Shown here piece after piece: positions 9,732 to 18,967 of a stretch of DNA of 64,000 bases. Numbering within the stretch: position 1 is the first letter of the stretch; each line of letters begins with the position of its first letter. Source of the DNA: an uncultured Bacillales bacterium (GTDB lineage: Bacteria > Bacillota_I > Bacilli_A > RF39 > UBA660); the NCBI GenBank assembly GCA_946539445.1, contig CAMNHK010000001.1, positions 9,845 to 73,844 on the forward strand, written 5' to 3'. Made by a program: the position numbers and the translations under genes. The notes under the pieces were generated by a model. It was not told where the DNA came from. It saw only the letters and a program-made list of their open reading frames with translations, and did no database searches.

Positions 9732-10430
9732 ATGCCTTTTTTAATAGGAGTTATTCTTTTAATCCTATTTGTTCTAATTCTATATTTTTATTTTAGAGTT
9801 CGAATTCAGAAGTTTTTAAGACAATTTGGTTTGTCTGCTCAAAATATCGGAGATATTATTGAAGAGGCAAGATTGGAAGATCAAGAACTTCCTAAGTCTC
9901 TTTCTAGTATGGATCGCATTTTTGAAAAACAAGTTCTTACGGATTTCCCAGATATGAATATTCAGGAATTAAAGAAAAAGTCCGAAAAAGAAATCCTTGA
10001 TTTTTTTCAAGCTATTGAAAGAGGAGACAGTTCTTCTTTATCTGGAAAAATTAAAAGTGCTGCTGAGAGTATGATAATGGATTTTCAAGGTAAGAATATT
10101 TCTTTTCAACAATTTCGATTCCATAATACGGTTTTATCGAATTATCATAAGAATAAGAATATTGCGACTCTTTCGTTTTCTTCCGCTTTTGAATACTATC
10201 AAAATGAGAATGGTCATTCTGTGAAATGTCAAGATCGAGCTAGAGTAGAGTATATTTATGTAATTGATGAGACGGCTATTGCTGATTCAGTTAAGGCTAT
10301 TGGAATTCATTGCCCTAATTGTGGTAGTCCTATAAAAACATTAGGAGAAAAGCATTGTAGTTATTGTGGAAGTGCAATTTTAGAAGTTGTTGGTAGAGTT
10401 TTTGTTTGTAATGATATTGTGAGATATTAA
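9732..10430 (+). CDS. membrane protein with C-terminal zinc ribbon (YdjG-like)
   Basis: Start at MPFLIGVILLILF with an upstream TAGGATGTGAT motif. N-terminal TM helix and C-terminal CPNCGS...CSYCGS ribbon. Confidence 0.5.
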   Translation: MPFLIGVILLILFVLILYFYFRVRIQKFLRQFGLSAQNIGDIIEEARLEDQELPKSLSSMDRIFEKQVLTDFPDMNIQELKKKSEKEILDFFQAIERGDSSSLSGKIKSAAESMIMDFQGKNISFQQFRFHNTVLSNYHKNKNIATLSFSSAFEYYQNENGHSVKCQDRARVEYIYVIDETAIADSVKAIGIHCPNCGSPIKTLGEKHCSYCGSAILEVVGRVFVCNDIVRY

Positions 10431-10465
10431 GGGATTTGTTATAATAAATGATAGGATGTGATAAT

Positions 10466-11368
10466 ATGTATCAAGATTCAGAAGATAATGGAATGAATTA
10501 TGGAATTGCTGCGCGAAGATTTCATTGCCGAGATTGTAATGCTAGTTTTATTTCATTAGGGTCTAAGACTATTGAGTATTGCTGTGTATGCCATAGTAAT
10601 AATATAGAGACTAAGAATGATGTATATGAAAAGAAACCTTATATTGTTCCTTTTCGTAAAACATTAGAAGATGCTAAAAATGATTATCAAAAGAAAGTTT
10701 TATTTCATCCATTAGTTCCATTTGTATTTAAATCAAAAGCAACAATTGAGGCAATCCAAAAGGTGTATTTACCGGTTATTGTTGTGGATGCTAATTTGCA
10801 AGGAACGGTTGATTTTTTAGCAGGAGATAAGACCAAAATTATGAAAGAAAAGGTTGCCTTTATTGAAACAAAAAAATATAGTGTTTTGGCCGATGTTAAT
10901 CTTAATTATCATCATATTATTTTGAATATGACTTCTAAATTACAAGATCGATTATTTCATACTATTTGTGATTATCAATTTGATCAACTATTAGAATATA
11001 ATCCAAATGCCTTAGGAGATAGTGCTATTTTGGTAGATGATAAAGATTTGAATGCAGTTGCTGATCTTGGAAGACAAAGGATTATGAAACATGCTATGGC
11101 GGTTATCAAATCTAATATTAATCATGAATTAAAGAAAGTGAATAACAATGGTGCTTTGTTAAATTTTGTCAATTCAAAAGAAGTATTAGTTCCTGTTTAT
11201 TTATTAACGGTTCATTATAAAGATAAAGATTATATTTATTTGATGAATGGAGAAAATGGGGCTGTTTCTTTAGAATTAGTATTTGGTAAAATTGAAATTA
11301 TTTTATTTAGTTTATTAATGTTTGGTCTTATCTTTTTAATCGCATTTTTAATTGCATATTTCTTATAG
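10466..11368 (+). CDS. zinc-ribbon protein with C-terminal TM anchor
   Basis: CRDCNAS...CCVCHS ribbon near the N-terminus. C-terminal hydrophobic helix ILFSLLMFGLIFLIAFLIAYFL. The same TAGGATGTGAT motif precedes the ATG. Confidence 0.5.
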   Translation: MYQDSEDNGMNYGIAARRFHCRDCNASFISLGSKTIEYCCVCHSNNIETKNDVYEKKPYIVPFRKTLEDAKNDYQKKVLFHPLVPFVFKSKATIEAIQKVYLPVIVVDANLQGTVDFLAGDKTKIMKEKVAFIETKKYSVLADVNLNYHHIILNMTSKLQDRLFHTICDYQFDQLLEYNPNALGDSAILVDDKDLNAVADLGRQRIMKHAMAVIKSNINHELKKVNNNGALLNFVNSKEVLVPVYLLTVHYKDKDYIYLMNGENGAVSLELVFGKIEIILFSLLMFGLIFLIAFLIAYFL

Positions 11369-11377
11369 GAGGTTATT

Positions 11378-12196
11378 GTGAAAAAAGGTTTATTCTATTT
11401 ATTGATTTTTACTAGTTTTTTCTTATTTTATCCTACTACTTATGCTAGTACCGTTACTTATCCAAGAACAGAGGAGGACTTTTTAGTTCCAGCAGATGTT
11501 CAAGTTACAGAAAGTAATAAGATGGATATTTTAAATACTCCTGCTGTTAATGCTAGTGAGAAATTATATGATTTTGCGGAATTGTTTTCTGATTCTGAAG
11601 AGGGAGATTTAATTCGTAAGATTCAGGAGTATAGTGTATTATCTAGATATGATTTAGCAATTGTTACTACCAATAATTTAAATGGTTTTGTAATAGGGGA
11701 TTATACGAATAATTTTTATGACTATAATGATTTTCAAAATGAAGGTATTATTTTAGTTATTTATATTGGTGGATTGGATCCTCAAATATATATGGGAACT
11801 AGTGCTTTACCTACAAGTGAGTTACAAAAGATTTATTCTGATGCTAGAATTCATCAAACTTTGGCTTATATTTATAAAGATATAAAAGATGCAAAGTATT
11901 ATAATGCGGTTGATAATTATATAAAAATTGTAAAAGGCTTCTTTGAATTGGATAATGATAAACAGTATGTTGTAGATGGAAATGGAAATTTGGTAAAACA
12001 AATTCCATGGATTGAAATTGTTATTTTAGCATCTACTTTATCTTTTATCATTGTTATTTTGTTAATCAATCGTTTGAAAAAGTATAATGTTGTTCAATAC
12101 TCTGATAATATTGAAACGAAATTAGATCCTACTTCTATTCGTGTTTCTATTACGAAAGATGAACAAGTGGATCGAGTTTTGTCAAAAGCAAAATAG
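11378..12196 (+). CDS. TPM-domain (DUF477-like) membrane protein
   Basis: Signal peptide. LYDFAELFSD.E...L...I.....Y.L.IVTTNNLNG resembles the TPM phosphatase-like fold signature. C-terminal TM helix. Confidence 0.55.
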   Translation: MKKGLFYLLIFTSFFLFYPTTYASTVTYPRTEEDFLVPADVQVTESNKMDILNTPAVNASEKLYDFAELFSDSEEGDLIRKIQEYSVLSRYDLAIVTTNNLNGFVIGDYTNNFYDYNDFQNEGIILVIYIGGLDPQIYMGTSALPTSELQKIYSDARIHQTLAYIYKDIKDAKYYNAVDNYIKIVKGFFELDNDKQYVVDGNGNLVKQIPWIEIVILASTLSFIIVILLINRLKKYNVVQYSDNIETKLDPTSIRVSITKDEQVDRVLSKAK

Positions 12197-12261
12197 TACT
12201 TTTCAAAAAAGTTATATTATTGTATAATAAAATTAATTAAATATTAGATAGGAGAGTTTTT

Positions 12262-13401
12262 ATGGGTTTAATTAAAGCTGCTGTAGGTGCTGTTAGTAGT
12301 ACACTACACGATCAATGGAAAGAGTATATTCGTTGCGAAGACCTTGGAAATGATATATTAATGAAAAGAGTTTCTACTCCAAATGGTATTATTTCTAAGG
12401 ATAGTGCTATTCAAGTTGCCCCAGGACAAATTGCTATTATTTTTGAAAATGGTAAAATCCTAGATGCTACTGCTGAAGAAGGAATCTATACTTTTGATCA
12501 ATCATCTTCACCATCATTCTTTGCTGGACAATTTGGAGATGTATTTAAAGAAATGTGGACTCGTTTCACATATAACGGTGGTGTTAATAAGGAACAAGCT
12601 GTATTCTATATTAACGCTAAAGAGATTATGGATAATAAATTTGGAACACCTGCTCCAATTCCATTCCAAGATTGGTCTCATCCAATTCCAAATCAAATGA
12701 CTGGATCTATGAGTCCATTAAGAGTAGAAGTAAAATGTTTTGGTAAATATACATTTATGATTAGCGATCCTGCATTATTTATGAGTAGAATTGCTGGAAC
12801 TGCTACTGAATATAGAAAAGAAGATATTACAGAACAAATGAGATCTGAAGTTATTGGTGCTTTCCAAAATGTGTTAAATGAATTAGGCAATAGTGCTCAT
12901 AAAGTTCCAGTATTGGAATTACCAAGTGCTACGGATGAAATTAAGAAAACAATGGATGAAAAAGTATTCGATCAACCAATTCGTGATCGTGGAATTAGCT
13001 TAGTAGGTTTCGTTGTTGAATCTGTAACATTAGATGATGAATCTAATAAGAAAATTGATAATTATGAACTTTCTTCTAACAGTTTCATGCAACAAGGAAC
13101 TCTTGTTGGTTCTTATGGAAAAGCTATCCAAGATGCTGCAAACAATCCTAATGGAGCTGCTGCTGGCATGATTGGAGTAGGAATGATGAATATGGCAAGC
13201 GGAGGAATGATTGGAGGAGCTGCTCAAGGAGCCTTCCAAAATCAAGGTACAACGGCTGCTGTTGATCCATTTAATAATGGAGTTGCTGCTGCACCTGCTC
13301 AAGGAGCTGCACAACCAGCTGAAGGAGGATTCTGCCCTAACTGTGGAACTCCTGCAAATGGAGCAAATTTCTGTTCTAAATGTGGAACTAAATTAAAATA
13401 A
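12262..13401 (+). CDS. SPFH/band-7 domain protein, YdjI-like, with Gly/Ala-rich linker and C-terminal zinc ribbon
   Basis: N-terminus MGLIKAAVGAVSSTLHDQWKEYIRC matches the conserved start of the Bacillus YdjI family. C-terminal CPNCGT...CSKCGT. Confidence 0.65.
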   Translation: MGLIKAAVGAVSSTLHDQWKEYIRCEDLGNDILMKRVSTPNGIISKDSAIQVAPGQIAIIFENGKILDATAEEGIYTFDQSSSPSFFAGQFGDVFKEMWTRFTYNGGVNKEQAVFYINAKEIMDNKFGTPAPIPFQDWSHPIPNQMTGSMSPLRVEVKCFGKYTFMISDPALFMSRIAGTATEYRKEDITEQMRSEVIGAFQNVLNELGNSAHKVPVLELPSATDEIKKTMDEKVFDQPIRDRGISLVGFVVESVTLDDESNKKIDNYELSSNSFMQQGTLVGSYGKAIQDAANNPNGAAAGMIGVGMMNMASGGMIGGAAQGAFQNQGTTAAVDPFNNGVAAAPAQGAAQPAEGGFCPNCGTPANGANFCSKCGTKLK

Positions 13402-13407
13402 GAATAA

Positions 13408-13439
13408 AAAGCTATCAACGAAAGTTGATAGTTTTTTTG
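13408..13439 (+). terminator. rho-independent terminator
   Basis: GCTATCAAC-GAAA-GTTGATAGT hairpin plus T7. Confidence 0.7.
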
Positions 13440-13610
13440 TATAATTATATTCTTTTTTTCCATACTATTATTAGTGTAAAGGTCCATATATAAGTTCTTT
13501 ATTTCTTCTTTTTATTTTTTTTAAAAAAAGTATTGATTATCTTTTTATTTCTTTGTTTTTCAACAAAATATGAAGGATAAGAATTTTTTATAACTCCTTT
13601 TTTTAGCAGT

Positions 13611-13639
13611 TTGACACTAATTTTATCTTTTGTTAGAAT
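13611..13639 (+). promoter_or_regulatory. sigma-A-type promoter (TTGACA-17-TAGAAT)
   Basis: Consensus -35 and near-consensus -10 with 17-nt spacing, about 35 nt upstream of the ankyrin gene. Confidence 0.5.
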
Positions 13640-13671
13640 AGAAAACTGTCATGGACAAAGAGGTGTTTGAT

Positions 13672-14358
13672 ATGACAAATCAAGAATTACAAGTATATCA
13701 ATCTTGTAAGGAAGAACCATCGTTGATTTTTAGTATTATTAAGCAAGGGGCTTATGATGTTGCTTTTGACTTGATTAATAATAATATTGTTAATGTTAAT
13801 ACAGTAGATGGTGTTGGTAATGATGTCGTTATGCGTTTTTTGAAAGCTAGACAATATGATTATGTAATTGATTTGATGAAAAAAAGAAATTGGAATGTAA
13901 ACCATATGAATCAAGAGGGAAATACCTTTGGACATATTCTAGCTCAAGATAACTCTGTAATGGCTGTTAAAGTTGTTGAACAATTAACTAAAAAGAAAAA
14001 TTATATTCCCAATTTAAAAAACCATAAAGGTGAGACTGCAATGGATATTGCTCTTTCAAATCATTATTTATGTACTGCTTTTAAATTGTTGGAAGATGAG
14101 CGTTTTAATAATATTGATGTATTTTCTTTTAAAAACTTGTTTGATGTTAGTATTAAAAATAAAGTATATGGAAAATATTCTAAGATTACGAATTTGGAAA
14201 TTATTGTAGAGAATTTGGAAAAGAAAGAATTGAATTCTGGAATGAAAGATTTAGTGGATCATATTTCCGATAATATGGATGCCATTAAAAAAGATATTAT
14301 GAATAATCGTTCTACTGTTTTGGAATCTATTATTCATTATTATATGGTTACGGAATAG
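13672..14358 (+). CDS. ankyrin-repeat protein
   Basis: GAGGTG RBS. At least four 33-residue units with the ankyrin G-TPLH-like pattern (GNDVVMRFL, GNTFGHILA, GETAMDIAL). Confidence 0.55.
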   Translation: MTNQELQVYQSCKEEPSLIFSIIKQGAYDVAFDLINNNIVNVNTVDGVGNDVVMRFLKARQYDYVIDLMKKRNWNVNHMNQEGNTFGHILAQDNSVMAVKVVEQLTKKKNYIPNLKNHKGETAMDIALSNHYLCTAFKLLEDERFNNIDVFSFKNLFDVSIKNKVYGKYSKITNLEIIVENLEKKELNSGMKDLVDHISDNMDAIKKDIMNNRSTVLESIIHYYMVTE

Positions 14359-14443
14359 AGCTTAGGCTCTATTTTTTTGACTTTTATTGGGTTTTGGTGT
14401 AAAATATAGTGCGTTTTATGGGGTGGTTCTTGTGGAAGTATGG

Positions 14444-15103
14444 ATGGATCAAGAAAAACTTTTTTTTACTGATAAAGAAATTGATTCCATGTTCGTGGGA
14501 GATGGAGAAGAAGGATTTGTTCTTCGATATAATGGATCGGCTTTGAAATTCTATTATCCTAATTCTCGAAAGTATCGTTTATCGGAAGAAGATTGTATTA
14601 AGATGATAGAGATTCCTACGGAACGTATTTTGTTACCAAGGGGAAATCTATATGATAAACATCATAATTTTATTGGATATTATACCGATTATATTCATGC
14701 TCATTATATTGGGGATATCATGAAATTAAAAATTAAGGAATTTGTTGCCCAGTTAGAAGAAGTTTATGATGAAATATTTTTATTAAGTGATCATCTTATC
14801 TCTTTGGAAGATTTTTGTTTGAGTAATTTTTGCTATAACCATGGATTTTATTTTGTTGATCCTGGTAGTTATGAATTTGAAAAAGATAAGTCTAATTCTT
14901 CTTTATTAGGACATAATCAACAAGAATTTTCTAATTTTGTAGTTCAATCTATTTTGGGATATTTCGGTGCTCGCTCTAGTAAAAAGAAACAACGTTTTTT
15001 ATCAGATTATTTTTTAGGAGTGGATTATCTTCCTGATATCCTAAAAGAGGATGCAAAAGAAGATGAAACCGTAAAGAAATATGTAAAAAGAATAATCTCT
15101 TAA
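14444..15103 (+). CDS. hypothetical protein
   Basis: ORF with good coding periodicity. Start uncertain: the listed ORF begins at 14387. No recognisable motifs. Confidence 0.4.
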   Translation: MDQEKLFFTDKEIDSMFVGDGEEGFVLRYNGSALKFYYPNSRKYRLSEEDCIKMIEIPTERILLPRGNLYDKHHNFIGYYTDYIHAHYIGDIMKLKIKEFVAQLEEVYDEIFLLSDHLISLEDFCLSNFCYNHGFYFVDPGSYEFEKDKSNSSLLGHNQQEFSNFVVQSILGYFGARSSKKKQRFLSDYFLGVDYLPDILKEDAKEDETVKKYVKRIIS

Positions 15104-15160
15104 CTTGTGTTATTTTTTTTTTTACGTTATTATAGATACGAATGAAATGGAAGTGGTGTT

Positions 15161-16573
15161 ATGCATTTGCCAGATTATAAGGAAGCAAGAACTCGTGATC
15201 ATAGAGATTATCAAAGAATTTCTTATGAAGTCGATTCTGCTGTTCAAAATAAATATAAAGGAAAAACTTTTTTTATTAAAACGTATGGATGTCAAATGAA
15301 TGAACATGATAGTGAAAATATTGAAGCTTTTCTTTCTTATTTAGGATTTTCTAAAGTAGATAATTATTTGAAAGCAGATTTAGTTTGGTTAAATACATGT
15401 AGTATTCGGGAGAATGCTCATAATAAAGCTTTTGGAATGCTTGGTCGTTTGAAACATTTAAAGAATGAGAAAAAAGATTTATTAATTGGATTAAGTGGCT
15501 GTATGGCTCAAGAGGTTAGTGTAGTAGAGACTATTATGCGAGATTATCCATTTGTTAATTTTGTGGTAGGAACTCATAATTTACATCAATTACCTTCTAT
15601 TATTGATAAGGCCATTGTAGAGAATCAACAACAAATTGAGGTTTTTTCTCGTGAAGGAGATTTGATAGAAGGGTTACCAGTTGTTCGAGCAAATTCCTAT
15701 AAAGCTTATGTTAATATTATTTATGGTTGTGATAAATTCTGTACTTATTGTATTGTTCCTTATACGAGAGGTAGAGAGCGTAGTAGAGCCAAAGAAGATA
15801 TTTTAAAAGAGATTGATGAGTTGATTCAAGATGGATATAAAGAAGTAACATTGTTGGGACAAAATGTAAATGCATATGGAAAAGACTTATATGAGAATTA
15901 TCATTTAGGAGATTTATTAGAGGAGATTGCTTTAAAAAATATCCCAAGAATCCGTTTTATGACTTCTCATCCTTGGGATTTTAACGATCGCATGATTGAA
16001 GTAATTGCGAAATATCCTAATATTATGCCTAGTGTTCATTTACCAGTCCAAAGTGGCTCTAGTCGAATTCTAAAATTAATGGGACGAAGATATACGCGTG
16101 AGAGTTATTTGGAACTATTCCATAAAATAAAAGATACTATTCCGGGAGTTAGTATTTCTACTGATATTATTGTAGGATTTCCTGGGGAAACGGAAGAGGA
16201 TTTTCAAGAAACTCTTAGTTTGGTTCATGAATGTCAGTATGATAATGCCTTTACTTTTATTTTTTCTACGCGAGAAGGAACTCCAGCTTGTAAATTACCG
16301 GATAATGTTTCTTTAGAAGAGAAAGAAGAAAGACTTCATCGTTTAAATGAAGTAGTCAATACTTATTTTTTAGAGAATAATAAAAAACTAGAAGGACAGG
16401 TTTTGAAGGTAATGGTAGAGGGAGTATCAGATAAAAAAGACATGTATTATGGATATAGCGAGACGAATAAACTAATAAATTTTTCTTCTAGTCAAGAAGT
16501 TAAACCTGGAGATATCATCGATGTTTTGATTACTTCGGCTAAAACATGGAGCTTAGATGGAAAAGTTGAATAA
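15161..16573 (+). CDS. miaB: tRNA-i6A37 methylthiotransferase
   Basis: FFIKTYGCQMNEHDSE UPF0004 N-domain. Radical-SAM CxxxCxxC (CTYCIVPY). C-terminal TRAM domain. Confidence 0.9.
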   Translation: MHLPDYKEARTRDHRDYQRISYEVDSAVQNKYKGKTFFIKTYGCQMNEHDSENIEAFLSYLGFSKVDNYLKADLVWLNTCSIRENAHNKAFGMLGRLKHLKNEKKDLLIGLSGCMAQEVSVVETIMRDYPFVNFVVGTHNLHQLPSIIDKAIVENQQQIEVFSREGDLIEGLPVVRANSYKAYVNIIYGCDKFCTYCIVPYTRGRERSRAKEDILKEIDELIQDGYKEVTLLGQNVNAYGKDLYENYHLGDLLEEIALKNIPRIRFMTSHPWDFNDRMIEVIAKYPNIMPSVHLPVQSGSSRILKLMGRRYTRESYLELFHKIKDTIPGVSISTDIIVGFPGETEEDFQETLSLVHECQYDNAFTFIFSTREGTPACKLPDNVSLEEKEERLHRLNEVVNTYFLENNKKLEGQVLKVMVEGVSDKKDMYYGYSETNKLINFSSSQEVKPGDIIDVLITSAKTWSLDGKVE

Positions 16574-16889
16574 AGCGTTAGAGGAACTGATTGCGGTTTT
16601 AAAAAATTCAGTGGAATATCAGAATTGTATTAAAATTCGTGAACAAATGAATCAAAGTAGTGATATAAAAAATAAAATTCAAAAAATAAAAGATTGTCAA
16701 AAAAAATATATTCGTAGTCAATATGATGAATCGGTCTATGAAGAACTTTGTTTCTTAGAAAGAGAATTAAATGAAATTCCCATCTATCATGTTTATTTAG
16801 AAAACTTGGAAAAAGTAAATGAAAAGATTGATTATATTCGAGATTCTTTCAATCAATATTTTTATGATTTGCTTAATAAAAAAAACTAG
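16557..16889 (+). CDS. YmcA/YlbF-family regulatory protein (RicA-like)
   Basis: Small helical protein immediately downstream of miaB, as ymcA is in Bacillus. The helical-hairpin composition fits this family. Confidence 0.55.
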   Translation: MEKLNKALEELIAVLKNSVEYQNCIKIREQMNQSSDIKNKIQKIKDCQKKYIRSQYDESVYEELCFLERELNEIPIYHVYLENLEKVNEKIDYIRDSFNQYFYDLLNKKN

Positions 16890-16897
16890 GATTTTTC

Positions 16898-17521
16898 CTA
16901 GTATTTTTTTATTAATTCTATTATTTCGTTGGCTGTTTTGTTGATGAAGTCTTCTACGGCTGTTATATCAAGAGTATATGTTTTTTCTGATTTGGAATTT
17001 TCAATTAATATTCCCATTTTGTTTAAAAGAATATCTAGACTTTCAACGGGAACTTCTTTTATATTTGTTTTTGGAATTACAAATTCTTCATAAAATAGTG
17101 ATAATTCCAAATCATATTTTTCAATAATACGGATATTTAAATTTGTGTAATCCGAATAAAGCATATTACGCATTTCTTCTGGAGTTGTTTGAATAATTGT
17201 TCCATCTAGTAGTTTTATAGAATTGTTTGCGGTTATATTTGGCATAAATTCTTCGAACCACTTTTTATCGGCATATAGATGAGTAAAGTAACCTAAATCA
17301 AAAGAATTATATTTGAAAAAAGGATATCTTTTTATAAACAAGTTAATATTTGGAACATCCTCTAAGGTATTGATTAAGAAATGAGATTCTTCTTTACTTC
17401 TACCAATTTGTTTGGATATATCTGGCGCAATAGCTCCTAAATAATAGTCTTTTATGTTGTCGACTGCCATTCTTTCTTTTACTTTTTTTGCTATTGCTAA
17501 ATGAATGATTGTTGAAGCCAT
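16898..17521 (-). CDS. hypothetical protein (possible Zn-dependent phospholipase-C-like fold)
   Basis: Starts with an H....A.....LG.IAPD pattern. The assignment is weak. Confidence 0.3.
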   Translation of the reverse strand: MASTIIHLAIAKKVKERMAVDNIKDYYLGAIAPDISKQIGRSKEESHFLINTLEDVPNINLFIKRYPFFKYNSFDLGYFTHLYADKKWFEEFMPNITANNSIKLLDGTIIQTTPEEMRNMLYSDYTNLNIRIIEKYDLELSLFYEEFVIPKTNIKEVPVESLDILLNKMGILIENSKSEKTYTLDITAVEDFINKTANEIIELIKKY

Positions 17522-17625
17522 ATATGATTCCTCCTATTATTTTTATTATATCATTAAATTTTAATATTTGTTTTTTTTTAGTACTTTTTTTCTTCCTTTT
17601 ACATATATTACAATGGGAGGCAGTT

Positions 17626-18141
17626 ATGGCTAATTATCGTGAAATTGTTACAAAAGCTATTGTATCGAAAGGAAAGAAACTTTTTACTTCGGAAAATAGT
17701 GTTGTAGTAGAGAATCCATCTACTATATTAGGATGTTGGATTATTAATCATAATTTCCATGGAGTTAAAAAAGGGAATGATATTCAAATAGAAGGAAATT
17801 ACGATGTTAATATTTGGTATTCTTATGATAATGATTCTAAGACCAATGTCGTGAAGGAAGTAGATCATTACCAAGAGATTGTTCACATGCGTGATGTAGA
17901 AGGAGTTAGTGGAGAAGAAATTATGGTTCGTAGTTTGAAACAGCCAAATTGTGTAAAGGCGGAAATTCAAGGAAATACGATTCATTACGTAGTGGAAAAA
18001 GAATTAGGAATTGAACTATTAGGAGACGTGAAAGTGAAAGTAGAAACGGCAGAAGAAGATCCTTGGGATGATATTGCAGAAGAAAAAAGTCAGGGACCAG
18101 ATGATACGATTCGAGAAAACTTTATTGAAGAAACGATTTAA
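17626..18141 (+). CDS. cotE: spore coat morphogenetic protein CotE
   Basis: MANYREIVTKAIVSKGKK...ILGCWIINH...YDVNIWYSYDNDSKTNVV and an acidic C-terminal tail align closely with Bacillus CotE. GGGAGG RBS before ATG 17626. Confidence 0.8.
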   Translation: MANYREIVTKAIVSKGKKLFTSENSVVVENPSTILGCWIINHNFHGVKKGNDIQIEGNYDVNIWYSYDNDSKTNVVKEVDHYQEIVHMRDVEGVSGEEIMVRSLKQPNCVKAEIQGNTIHYVVEKELGIELLGDVKVKVETAEEDPWDDIAEEKSQGPDDTIRENFIEETI

Positions 18142-18185
18142 AATAATACTCAATGAGTATTGTTTTTTTTGTCAACAAAAAAGTG

Positions 18186-18213
18186 TTGACATCTTTTTTC
18201 ATTTTTTATATAA
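18186..18213 (+). promoter_or_regulatory. sigma-A-type promoter for rpsP (TTGACA-16-TATAAT) with overlapping 8-bp inverted repeat
   Basis: Consensus hexamers. TGTCAACA-N6-TGTTGACA inverted repeat (18170-18191) overlaps the -35. Confidence 0.55.
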
Positions 18214-18245
18214 TATCATTGTTATTTAGAAATGGAGGGAAAAAA

Positions 18246-18518
18246 ATGGCAGTAAAATTAAGATTAACAAGAATGGGTGCTAAAAAAAGACCTACTTATA
18301 GAATAGTTGCTACTGATTCGCGTCGTCCTCGTGATGGTGAATATCTAGAACTAATCGGAACCTATTCACCAGTTGGAGAATGCGAAGTTAAAATAAATGA
18401 AGAACTTGCTCTTAAATGGTTAAACACAGGAGCTGTTCCAACCGATACTGTTAGAAACTTATTTAGCAAAGAAGGAATCATGAAGAAATTTGCTGATTCT
18501 AAAAAGAAAGGTAACTAG
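18246..18518 (+). CDS. rpsP: 30S ribosomal protein S16
   Basis: [31 protein letters not shown] is a highly conserved S16 start. Confidence 0.95.
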   Translation: MAVKLRLTRMGAKKRPTYRIVATDSRRPRDGEYLELIGTYSPVGECEVKINEELALKWLNTGAVPTDTVRNLFSKEGIMKKFADSKKKGN

Positions 18519-18520
18519 TT

Positions 18521-18769
18521 ATGAATTTAGTTGAATTAACGGAAGAAATTGTTAAATCATTAGTAGTAAATGCTGATGCCGTTAGCGTTAAAGAGTTTCC
18601 TACAGAAGATGAAAAATCAATCCTTATTCAAGTAATGGTTGAAGAGGATGATATCGGAAGAGTTATTGGTAAAGAAGGACGTACTGCTAATGCCATTCGT
18701 ACATTGGTACAAGCTAGTAGTGCTTTACATGATAACAAATATGTAAAAATCGATATTGATAAATTTTAG
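18521..18769 (+). CDS. KH-domain RNA-binding protein (YlqC-like)
   Basis: GRVIGKEGRTANAIR KH GxxG loop. Conserved position downstream of rpsP. Confidence 0.85.
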   Translation: MNLVELTEEIVKSLVVNADAVSVKEFPTEDEKSILIQVMVEEDDIGRVIGKEGRTANAIRTLVQASSALHDNKYVKIDIDKF

Positions 18770-18967
18770 AAAGTTTTATACTTTCTTTTTTTTTACGTAA
18801 ACTAAAGATAGAATCTTTTGTTTATTTTTCGTTTTTTTTATTTTGTGCTAAAATACTATAGTATGGAAGGTTAACCTTTCAAGAATTATTTCTATTTTTT
18901 CTTCGATTCGAGAAGAACTTTAAAAAATGTTATTTCTGTAGTATCATATAGTATGAGGAGAGATATT

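Noticed and set aside
12464-13487. Cluster of short sense/antisense ORFs across the SPFH gene
   Set aside because: Artefacts of AT-rich sequence. The SPFH ORF has the conserved N-terminus and RBS.
15717-15947. Antisense 76-aa ORF inside miaB
   Set aside because: Antisense to a highly conserved radical-SAM gene.
18770-18952. Near-palindrome GAAGGTTAACCTTTC in the uppS leader considered as an operator
   Set aside because: Imperfect. Located in an AT-rich leader with a plausible promoter (TAAAAT -10). Insufficient evidence for a specific element.
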